From assembly GCA_964647625.1 (NCBI GenBank), contig CAZYHZ010000012.1:1-64000 (forward strand): a DNA stretch of 64,000 nucleotides, given 5' to 3'. The stretch is from an uncultured Acidobacteriota bacterium (GTDB taxonomy: Bacteria > Acidobacteriota > Polarisedimenticolia > Polarisedimenticolales > DASRJG01). Every line of letters starts with the position of its first letter. Position 1 is the stretch's first letter. Made by a program: the position numbers and the translations under genes. The notes under the pieces were generated by a model that was not told the DNA's origin, did not search any database, and saw only the letters and a program-made list of their open reading frames with translations. Shown here piece by piece: positions 51,255-59,240 of the stretch.

Positions 51255-54200
51255 CTACTTTTCGAGGACCGCCTCGCGTGCGGCCTTTTGAATGGCCAGG
51301 ATGGAAATCCCTTCGTTCGCCTGATAGGGGTTTCCCGAGCCGTCGATCGCCGTCATTCGGTCTTTCCCGCTGTGGTGCAGCGCGACTGCGCGCCACCCGT
51401 TCGGCTCGAAAACCGGACTGCCGGAGCTTCCGCCCTCGGTCGGCGATCGGTAGTGCAGGCGGGTCTCGTTGAACGCGACGAGACGATTGTCGTGGAGCGA
51501 GATCTCCAGATCCCTCCCGCCGGGACACCCGATCACGTACATCCGGGGAGCGGGTGTGGTCATCTTCATCGGCGCGGGGCACAGAGGAATCGGGACGGAG
51601 TTCGGTAGAACGCCCTCCAGCTCGAGGAAGCTGGCGTCGAGCTGGTCGACCGGAGAGCTCCAAACGACCCTTCGGACTCCCAGCATGCTTCCGCCGTTGG
51701 GACCGCCGAGGAAGTGGATCTGGGCCTCCCACGGAAGAAGAGGCGGTACGCCGACGCCACCGCCTTTGGCCGGCGGGTTGGCGATCACGTGCGCATTGGT
51801 CAGCAGCACGATCTCTCCATCCGGGCGCGACGGGAAGAAGTCGCGTGCGCGAACGAGCCACCCGGTTCCGACCCCGCGCCCCGCCTGCTCGATCCGTGCC
51901 ACGCTCTTGCTTCGCTCAATGGCCATCAAGAGCCAAGCGATGCTCTGAGAACCTTCCGCTCCGAACCGGCGTTGCAGGCCAGCAGTGTCGGGGTTCAGCG
52001 CATCTCGACTCAAGTTGATTCGTCCGGCCGGTCGCTTCGCGAGCGCGTCGCGAATCAGCGGAAGGATCTGTTTGCCCGGATCGGAACCGTCGCTGAGTCG
52101 CCAGATTTCTTCGAGCTGTCGCCGCGTTCCCTCGAGCGCAAAGGACGTGATGCCGGCGGCACGGAAATACTCCCGCGCCGCGTTGACGGCCTCGTCGTTT
52201 CGGCCGAGGGCGATGTAGGCCTCCATCTGGCTCGCGATGACCCACAAGTCATCGTCCGTGGCCATTGCGCCGTGGGTTTTTCGGTCCAGGCTCTCGAGGA
52301 TCTTCGCGGCGAGATCGGACGCCGACGCTCGGTCGCCTTTCCGGGACAGCAACGCCGCCGCGTTGACTCCCTGCCAGTGGTTGGACTCCGCGTTCCGGGA
52401 ATATGCGGCCGAGTAGTAGTCGATCGCCTTTTGCAGGTCTTCCGGCCGGCCCTCGCCGAACTGTTTTTCGACGTTCACGAAGGCCTGCTTGTGCAGCCGG
52501 CCCATCAAGCCCGTGGCCTCGTCTCGTTCCTCGGCCGGTGCGCCCTGATCGGCGATGAGCCTTTCCAGGATGAACTGCGCTTCGGGAAACCGACCGACGT
52601 CGAGGAAGGCCTGAGCGGTCAAGCGCTTGATCTTTGCGCTGTGGAGGCCGGACTTTTCGATCGCGCCGGAAAGTCGAACCAAAGCATCGAAACGCCGATA
52701 ATCCCGCAGCGCACCGACCGTATGTTTCGCGAGTTGCTCTTCAACCGGCTGCCCGAGGGCAGAGATCGCACGGATCAGCTCATCGACGATCGAATCGACT
52801 CCCACCCAGTCGTATTCGCTCAGCCGGTCTTTGAGTCGTTTCTCGAGCTTCTCGAGCGGTGTCCTCGACGTGGAGTCGTTGTCGAGGACGACGTCTACCC
52901 AGCCGTTGATGGGCGTGTAGATCTGCTCCGCGGATTCGAATCCGGCCTCGGAGGGCTTCTTCGGATCGAACTCTCTCAAACTTCCGAAGTCCAGATGCGT
53001 CAGCTTCTCGAGCGTGACGATCGGAAGCTGGTACGTACGAAACTCGCCGAACGCGAATTCCAGGCCGGAGATCATGTCCGCTTGGCTCAAAATATACGCG
53101 GTCGCGGAAAGGCGGCCGGCGTCTCCGATAATGCTGACCACCTTCCAGAACTGAAGCGGGATTTTCGCGCCCCGGTATGGCATGTCCTCGTCGCTGAACA
53201 CCGGTCCCGTGAAAACATTGACCTTGAGATTCTCTTGCCCCGCATTCCGGTAGATGTACTCTTCGAGATCGTTCCAAATTTTCTGATTCAGGTCTTTGTG
53301 TTGTGGGCACGAGTTCGTGTAGTGGAAAGTGTCGGAATTTGCGCCCTCGGCGTCGTCCCCCCAAACGGGATCCAGTCTCCTGACCATGTGCCCGCGGTCG
53401 AGGTCGTTGTCGACGTAAAGTGCGTTGTCGAACTGGGCCTCGTCGGCGAGGCGCGGATCCAAGCGCCAGGGGACCCCGTCCCTGCCGAGACTCTGGAGCG
53501 AAGTTCCGAGGATGTTCACTGCGGTGAACATGCTCAGCCGACGTGAGCGACTCATGACGACCGAAAAATGGGTGTACGGAAGGACGGTCGAGGTCGTGTT
53601 CTTCGTCGTCATGTATGAAAGAACGTCGCCGGCGAGCGGTCCTGTCGGCGTGGGCAGCGGGACGGCAATGCCGATGAAGTTCTCGTCGTACCCTGTGCGA
53701 TCGTCGTATTCCGAGGGATCAACGCGTCGTTCGAGGCCCTCGAGCGATTCCGCGAGCCTGATTGCGGTTCGGCCCGGCGGGAGGCTCAATCCGAGTTCCT
53801 CGGCCAGCGCCGCGATTCGCGAGACTGGGATCACCCCGCCGCCGTCCGCCACGAGACCGATGGCTTCGCCGGAAGATAGGGAAACGATCGGCGCGCCCAG
53901 GGCGCCATTCGGGAACGGTCCATCCGCGTCGAGCCGGGACAAAGGCTGTCCGGGGGAGAATCGTCCGAATCCAATCCACGAGCTCGCGCGCGAGCCCAGC
54001 ACGGCGGCATCGTCGTCGGTAGCCGTCCGAGCGACGGGGATGTGAGCAGGCAACGAACCGTCCACCTCCACGATGGCGAGATCGGGATCGTTGCGGCTTC
54101 GAAGCACCGCGCGCACGCGCACCGACTCTCCCGACCTGAGGCGAACCACTGACCCGACAGTGGGGTCCGTGCGGAAGGCGATCACACGTCCGGGTGCGAT

Positions 54201-54380
54201 GACCCACCCGGCGGCGAGGACACTCGACGCCGGCTCGAATTCGCAGACGGCCGCAGCGGCTCGGCGCAGGTCGTTGACCGCGAACGCCGCGCAGCGATAC
54301 CAACGCTTCGATGCGTCCTTTGCCAGGACGTCGAGCACGCTGCCGGGATCGGCGGTCGAAGTCAACGTCACGAATGGCAT
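51255..54380 (-). CDS. Giant multidomain protein (1041 aa): protease-like N-domain, DNA/RNA non-specific endonuclease (NUC, DRGH motif), TPR-like helical region, C-terminal trypsin-like serine protease
   Basis: ATG at 54380, 7 nt after GGGAG. The NUC motif reads DRGHMVRRLDP...N...FHYTN. The C-terminal S1 peptidase shows LLTNAHVI (His) and EGGSSGSPVF (Ser). The ORF-track start at 54629 is an extension. Confidence 0.85.
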   Translation of the reverse strand: MPFVTLTSTADPGSVLDVLAKDASKRWYRCAAFAVNDLRRAAAAVCEFEPASSVLAAGWVIAPGRVIAFRTDPTVGSVVRLRSGESVRVRAVLRSRNDPDLAIVEVDGSLPAHIPVARTATDDDAAVLGSRASSWIGFGRFSPGQPLSRLDADGPFPNGALGAPIVSLSSGEAIGLVADGGGVIPVSRIAALAEELGLSLPPGRTAIRLAESLEGLERRVDPSEYDDRTGYDENFIGIAVPLPTPTGPLAGDVLSYMTTKNTTSTVLPYTHFSVVMSRSRRLSMFTAVNILGTSLQSLGRDGVPWRLDPRLADEAQFDNALYVDNDLDRGHMVRRLDPVWGDDAEGANSDTFHYTNSCPQHKDLNQKIWNDLEEYIYRNAGQENLKVNVFTGPVFSDEDMPYRGAKIPLQFWKVVSIIGDAGRLSATAYILSQADMISGLEFAFGEFRTYQLPIVTLEKLTHLDFGSLREFDPKKPSEAGFESAEQIYTPINGWVDVVLDNDSTSRTPLEKLEKRLKDRLSEYDWVGVDSIVDELIRAISALGQPVEEQLAKHTVGALRDYRRFDALVRLSGAIEKSGLHSAKIKRLTAQAFLDVGRFPEAQFILERLIADQGAPAEERDEATGLMGRLHKQAFVNVEKQFGEGRPEDLQKAIDYYSAAYSRNAESNHWQGVNAAALLSRKGDRASASDLAAKILESLDRKTHGAMATDDDLWVIASQMEAYIALGRNDEAVNAAREYFRAAGITSFALEGTRRQLEEIWRLSDGSDPGKQILPLIRDALAKRPAGRINLSRDALNPDTAGLQRRFGAEGSQSIAWLLMAIERSKSVARIEQAGRGVGTGWLVRARDFFPSRPDGEIVLLTNAHVIANPPAKGGGVGVPPLLPWEAQIHFLGGPNGGSMLGVRRVVWSSPVDQLDASFLELEGVLPNSVPIPLCPAPMKMTTPAPRMYVIGCPGGRDLEISLHDNRLVAFNETRLHYRSPTEGGSSGSPVFEPNGWRAVALHHSGKDRMTAIDGSGNPYQANEGISILAIQKAAREAVLEK

Positions 54381-54399
54381 TGCTCGCTCCCTCGTCGCG

Positions 54400-54960
54400 T
54401 CATCCTCGTCTTCCGCCGCGACCGCCGCCTGTTCCGCGACCTCCGCCTCCGCCTCGCCCACCAGGCGACCTTCCGGCGCCGCCGCCCGATCGGCCGCTCG
54501 AGCGGGCACTCGGTGATCTGGGCGAGGGGCGGCTCGCGCGCGAGGCGGGGGATCCCCGGCGGGTTTGCGCTGCGACGCGGGCTTGTCCTCTCCCGGCCGT
54601 TGAAGTCGGCCCTCGCAAGACGGGTGCACTCATGCGCGCAGCGTTGCGTAGGATCGACTTGACGTACTTTTGGGTCTCTTTGAACGGTGGGACTGAGTTT
54701 CCCGCCTTCTTGACGTTGCCGGGGCCCGCGTTATAGGCGGCCAGTGCGAGGGCGTAGTTTCCCTTGAAAGTCTTGAGCTGTCGCGCGAGGTACTTCATCC
54801 CACCTTTGATGTTCTGCTCGACGTTCGTAGGATCGACTTTCAGCTCTTTCGCTGTCTTGGGCATCAGCTGCATGACGCCGATCGCTCCGACACGGCTCTT
54901 GGCGCTTTGCAGTCCGCGTCTTTCTTGCCAGGCCTGCTCTTTGGCGATACCGGTATGCAC
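54400..54960 (-). CDS. Lytic transglycosylase (SLT domain) with Arg/Gly-rich C-terminal tail; possibly N-terminally truncated/pseudogene
   Basis: The SLT core reads E...VGAIGVMQLMPKTA...AYNAGPGNV. GTG start at 54960. An in-frame TAA lies 11 codons upstream, preceded by ATG with a GGAGG RBS. Confidence 0.7.
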   Translation of the reverse strand: MHTGIAKEQAWQERRGLQSAKSRVGAIGVMQLMPKTAKELKVDPTNVEQNIKGGMKYLARQLKTFKGNYALALAAYNAGPGNVKKAGNSVPPFKETQKYVKSILRNAARMSAPVLRGPTSTAGRGQARVAAQTRRGSPASRASRPSPRSPSARSSGRSGGGAGRSPGGRGGGGGRGTGGGRGGRRG

Positions 54961-55117
54961 GCGCTGCCCCTTACGCCAGCTTTCGATGTACCGTTAGACG
55001 TTCTTGGGGAGCTGCGGAGTGCGTGGGTTTCGATCGGGCATGAAATCCTCCAAGAGTAGGAGCGACCGGCGAAGCTGAACGGATCATAGGCGATGTCCGT
55101 CACCGAACGAAGCAGAA

Positions 55118-56548
55118 TTACTTGGCCTGCAGACGACGAATGCCGGCCATGACATCGGGCGCGATTCGACTCTGCAGCTTGTGGGTGGTCAATTCATCGA
55201 GTGCGGATCGATAGGAATCCAATGCACCCGTGGTTTGTCCCGCGAGTTCTTGAAGCTGCGCCAACATGAAATGGAACGTCGGTCGCTTTTCTTCCGGAAC
55301 GACGTGTATCGGGAAGAGCCACGAGAAGGTCCGCAAGTGGTCGGCCGGTGGGACGATCTTCAGAAACACCGCCCGATCGCGCTGAGCAACGAGGCGGTCG
55401 TAGTAGACGTTCCAAATGTCCCACAGCGAAGTATCCGTCTCGTTCGAGATCGGGAACGGAAAGTCCTCGGCGTTGGCGCTCATCTCTGAGAGCACGCGCA
55501 CCAAGCCGGCTTGCAGCGGCAAATCGGCGGTCAGCAGATGCCCGCGAAGCTCCATACGTCGGACGTAGGTCCGCTCCCGCTCGGAGGCCACCGCTCTAGA
55601 AAAATGAACCTCGGCATCTGCGATCGAGCCATTCGACGTTAGGATGAAGTAGCCCCACATCGCATGCGCGAACGGATTGTCGGCGTCTCGCTCGATCGCT
55701 CGCTCGTAGTACACCGTCGGATCGATCCGCGTGACCACGTCCTTCGACCGGAGATACGCCGCCCAACCTAGATGCGCGAGCGCGTCCGCCGCGCGCTTGG
55801 CGTCTTTCGCTCCCGCCGCTCGAACGAGCGTCGGTTCCACCTTGGCGGCGACGTCCGTGAACGTTTCGGTTCGGACGATCGCGTGGACGTTGTCGAGCCA
55901 ATCCATCGCCACGCCCTCACAGCCGAGTCGCACCACATCGCTTTCCCCGTCGAGGGCGAGCGCGGTGGAGCAACGATCCCACGCCGCGGTGTAGTTCGAC
56001 GACTTCCGGTCGAGATCCGCATGGGCGACGAGCCGCGCCGCCTCCTGGCGGGACTCCAGTCGGAGGTACCCGCGCCACAGCCCGAGTCCCCCGGCGATCG
56101 CGAGGACCGTCAGGATTAGGGCGACGCGAACCGATCTGCCGAGCGACCAGCGCGAGTGCCCGAATCGGCGGACCGCGTCCCCAACCTCGGCCGCGACGTT
56201 TCCCTGCGGTTCCAGAATCACGACCGCGCGCAGGTAGGGAGGGATGGCGGTGCGATCGACGTGCCGCACGACTACGGGTAGGACTCGTCCCGCGGGATTG
56301 GGCCACTTTTCCTCGGCAAATCGAATCTCGCTGAGGGTATAGCGACCCGCCGCCACGGCTTCCGGGCTCAGCAGGAACACGAACAGGTCGGCGTCTCGGA
56401 TCGCATCGCAGATTCGCTCGTCGTAGGCGCCGCCTTCGGTGAGATCCGAGGCATCGAGGAAGACTTCATCGCCGTCCTCGCGGAGGGCCAGCGCGATTTC
56501 CTCGGCGATCGTGCGCTGCTCCGAAGCGTGGGACAGGAAGATCTTCAA
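55118..56548 (-). CDS. TIR-domain membrane protein (N-terminal TIR, one TM, C-terminal domain of unknown function)
   Basis: TTG start, 6 nt after GAGG. The TIR reads KIFLSHASEQRTIAEEIALALREDGDEVFLDASDL...DADLFVFLLSPEAVAAGRYTLSEIRFA. The TM is VALILTVLAIAGGLGLW. Confidence 0.85.
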   Translation of the reverse strand: MKIFLSHASEQRTIAEEIALALREDGDEVFLDASDLTEGGAYDERICDAIRDADLFVFLLSPEAVAAGRYTLSEIRFAEEKWPNPAGRVLPVVVRHVDRTAIPPYLRAVVILEPQGNVAAEVGDAVRRFGHSRWSLGRSVRVALILTVLAIAGGLGLWRGYLRLESRQEAARLVAHADLDRKSSNYTAAWDRCSTALALDGESDVVRLGCEGVAMDWLDNVHAIVRTETFTDVAAKVEPTLVRAAGAKDAKRAADALAHLGWAAYLRSKDVVTRIDPTVYYERAIERDADNPFAHAMWGYFILTSNGSIADAEVHFSRAVASERERTYVRRMELRGHLLTADLPLQAGLVRVLSEMSANAEDFPFPISNETDTSLWDIWNVYYDRLVAQRDRAVFLKIVPPADHLRTFSWLFPIHVVPEEKRPTFHFMLAQLQELAGQTTGALDSYRSALDELTTHKLQSRIAPDVMAGIRRLQAK

Positions 56549-56680
56549 GGCGAGCCTCGTGCTGCCAATCCAGGGCAGCTATAGCTGGAGGCAGTCTAGT
56601 CGAAAGTTCGTTGAATGTTCACCCCTGTTTTCGTGTAATCTTGCTGGCAGATACGCGTTCCGACCTCATCCGGACGCAGA

Positions 56681-57265
56681 GTGATCGTCGCCCTGGAGCG
56701 ACGAGGAGGGTTCCCAACGTTGAGCGTCGTCGCGCTGGCCGGTCGCCGGATCGACGCGATGGGAGCGTCCCCGCGCTTCGCCGAGTCGCGGATCGCTATC
56801 GTTCGAATCCGGATTCGCTCCATGCTGGTGTCGCAACGGGCGCGAGCGCTCGTGTGCTCGGCAGCCTGCGGCGCAGACCTGCTCGCACTCGAAGCCGCCG
56901 GCGAGATCGGCCTCAGGCGCCGTGTCGTGTTGCCGTTCGACGCCGAGCGGTTTCGGGAGACGTCCGTCATCGACCGCGGCGGGGATTGGGGCGGACGTTT
57001 CAAGCGCATCATCGATGCGGTCGAGGCCACGGATGATCTGATCGTGCTCGATGCGGAGGCGGGTGACGAGGAAGCCTACGCCAGCGCGAGCTTGGCCATC
57101 TTGAACGAGGCCGAATCGCTTGCCGCGGCAAGCGACCCCCCCGACAAACTGGTCGCGGCGATCGTGTGGGAGGGGGCCGCTCGCGGTGAAGACGATTTGA
57201 CCGGCTATTTCGCGACGCAGGCGCGCGGTCGCGGATTCGAGTTGATTGAAATCTCAACCAGGTGA
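56681..57265 (+). CDS. SLOG-like (DprA/LOG-type Rossmann) domain protein
   Basis: GTG start. ALVCSAACGADLLALEAAGEIGLRRRVVLPF resembles the DprA/LOG vVSGxAxGIDxxAHxxAL strand-helix motif. The stop overlaps the next start (GTGA). The family call is tentative. Confidence 0.65.
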   Translation: MIVALERRGGFPTLSVVALAGRRIDAMGASPRFAESRIAIVRIRIRSMLVSQRARALVCSAACGADLLALEAAGEIGLRRRVVLPFDAERFRETSVIDRGGDWGGRFKRIIDAVEATDDLIVLDAEAGDEEAYASASLAILNEAESLAAASDPPDKLVAAIVWEGAARGEDDLTGYFATQARGRGFELIEISTR

Positions 57266-58548
57266 CACCGATGCCCACGGATTACGAGAAGACTTGTTTT
57301 GTCATCATGCCGTTCGGGAAGAAACCGGTAGACGGCACACTCGTCGACTTCGACGAGATCTACACGCGCATTCTGGAGCCCGCCGTTCGCGGAGCCACGC
57401 TTCCGGAGGGCGGATCGTTGGAGCCCTATCGAACCGACAAGGACTTTGCCTCGGGAGACATTGACGTCGAGATGTTCGGCGCGCTCGAGCACGCACGCAT
57501 CGCGATGGCGGACATCACGGGGCTGAATCCGAACGTGTTCTACGAGCTGGGCACCCGGCATCGCGCACGCGCGAGCGGAACCGTCATCCTTCGCCAAGTC
57601 GGTGCCGCGCTCCCGTTCGACATCAACAAGATCAAGGCCTTCTCCTACGACCCGGACCCCTTGAAGACTCAGGACGCCCGGACTCTGATTCGAAACGTTC
57701 TCGACGCGTCACTCGCCGAGAACCGTCTCGACAGCCCCGTCCGTGTGGCGCTTGCCTCGACGAGCGTGTCGCACGAACCCGCAGACGACCTGGTTCGCGA
57801 GGCCGTGAACGCGCTCCGTGTCGGAGACAAGGCCAATGCAGTGGTAAAGCTCCGCGCTGCGGTGGCCGCCGATCCGTCCAACCCGGGAACGCGCGTTCGC
57901 CTCGGGATCATCCTTCGAGATTCCGGACGCTGGCAAGAAGCGCTCGAGCAGTTCGCGGCCGCGACCGCGGCCTCGCCCGGCTACGCCGAAGCTTGGCGAG
58001 AGCGAGGGATCGCCGAGAACAAGCTCGACCCGAGCCGGGGCGAAGCTTCTCTCCGGCGCGCCATCGTCCTCCAAGGCGACGATTTCGACGCCTTATCGTC
58101 GCTCGGAGGAATCCTCAAGCGTGCCGGACGGCTCGACGACGCCCTCGAGATGTACCGGCGCGCCGCCGATACGTCGGACAACCACCCGTATCCGCTCCTC
58201 AACGCGATCACGCTCTCCGTGCGCCTCACCCGAAAGCTAGACCTCGACGTCAGGACGAATCTCCTGCTGGCGAGAAATGAGCGGTCGCTCCGGGCTCAAG
58301 TTGCACAGAGTCCGCCTTACAACGCGCCCTGGAGCTTCTTTGACCTCGCGCAGACCCGGCTCTTCTGCAAGGACCGATCGGGATTCTTGTCCGGCATCAC
58401 GGACGGCGCGTCGAGCTGCGACGCCGCATGGCAGCCCAAGACGTTCCGCGAGACGCTCGCGCTAATGGATGGCGCGGACATCGCACTCGACGGCCTCGCG
58501 GAAGGGCTCGCGCAGCTGAATGAGGTGATCGCGGCGCTGGGGAGTTGA
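57262..58548 (+). CDS. NDT-like (nucleoside 2-deoxyribosyltransferase-fold) domain fused to TPR repeats
   Basis: The N-terminal CFVIMPFGKK...DITGLNPNVFYELGTRH mirrors the NDT strand and catalytic-Glu blocks. The C-terminal half has TPR repeats (AWRERGIAENKLD..., LSSLGGILKRAGRLDDALEMYRRA). Confidence 0.8.
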   Translation: MTPMPTDYEKTCFVIMPFGKKPVDGTLVDFDEIYTRILEPAVRGATLPEGGSLEPYRTDKDFASGDIDVEMFGALEHARIAMADITGLNPNVFYELGTRHRARASGTVILRQVGAALPFDINKIKAFSYDPDPLKTQDARTLIRNVLDASLAENRLDSPVRVALASTSVSHEPADDLVREAVNALRVGDKANAVVKLRAAVAADPSNPGTRVRLGIILRDSGRWQEALEQFAAATAASPGYAEAWRERGIAENKLDPSRGEASLRRAIVLQGDDFDALSSLGGILKRAGRLDDALEMYRRAADTSDNHPYPLLNAITLSVRLTRKLDLDVRTNLLLARNERSLRAQVAQSPPYNAPWSFFDLAQTRLFCKDRSGFLSGITDGASSCDAAWQPKTFRETLALMDGADIALDGLAEGLAQLNEVIAALGS

Positions 58549-58751
58549 ACGGGCGCACGCGCACAGACCTAGGAATCAATAATGCTTAATGACGTTGTTC
58601 GACCAGCTTTGCCGGCGCCGTCGCGACCGTCCTGACGCCTTCTGGAGATGTGGTTTCAGCGGTGTTCTCGCGCGACGACCGGCACATTCTCACGAACTGA
58701 TCCGACGGGACGGCCAAGCCCTGTTCGCGCGACGGCGCGCTCGAAGCGGAG

Positions 58752-59000
58752 ATGAGAACTCAACCATCAGTCAGCCGCGCGCTGTCGTCCAACGACCTTC
58801 GGTTCATTGCGACGGCTTCCAGTGACGGCAAGGTCCGCTTGTGGGATGCCTCAGGCACGCTCCTGGCGACGCTGCCTGCGGGCGAAGGAAGCATCAGTTC
58901 GATCGCGCTTTCGGATCAAGCCTGGAGACATCTCCAAGGCGTGGCGGGAGCGCTCCTTGAGCGGGTCGATTTCACCAATTGCGCTCATTTGGCTCAATGA
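58752..59000 (+). pseudogene. Remnant of a WD40-repeat gene (single WD repeat, frame decays)
   Basis: NDLRFIATASSDGKVRLWDASGTLLATLPAGEGSISSIALS is a canonical WD40 blade. There is no start context and no full gene in a ~680-bp otherwise non-coding gap. Confidence 0.35.
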
Positions 59001-59240
59001 GGCGCGCGGCCTTCGCTTGCTTCGCAACGCTAGAGCGCCTGCTTGATGGCGACGCGGATCAGCCGCCGACGGTGAGCGTGGGCTTCGGCTGAATGACGTT
59101 CCTATATGGCGGGGCGCCTCGACTGACAGCATTCACTCCGCGAAGCAATGAACGCTCGATCATCGGCGCAAATCACGAGCTTGTGTGGTAGTCTTTTCTC
59201 AGCTTCAGCTATCTCGGGGCCTTCCCGGAGGTACTCATCC

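Noticed and set aside
27392-54000. Shadow ORFs 27392..28951 +, 31219..32304 -, 31407..32000 +, 35519..36604 +, 36596..37489 -, 38213..39598 +, 43232..44302 +, 46189..48324 -, 51714..53546 +
   Set aside because: Low-complexity translations with no family motifs, nested inside strongly supported genes.
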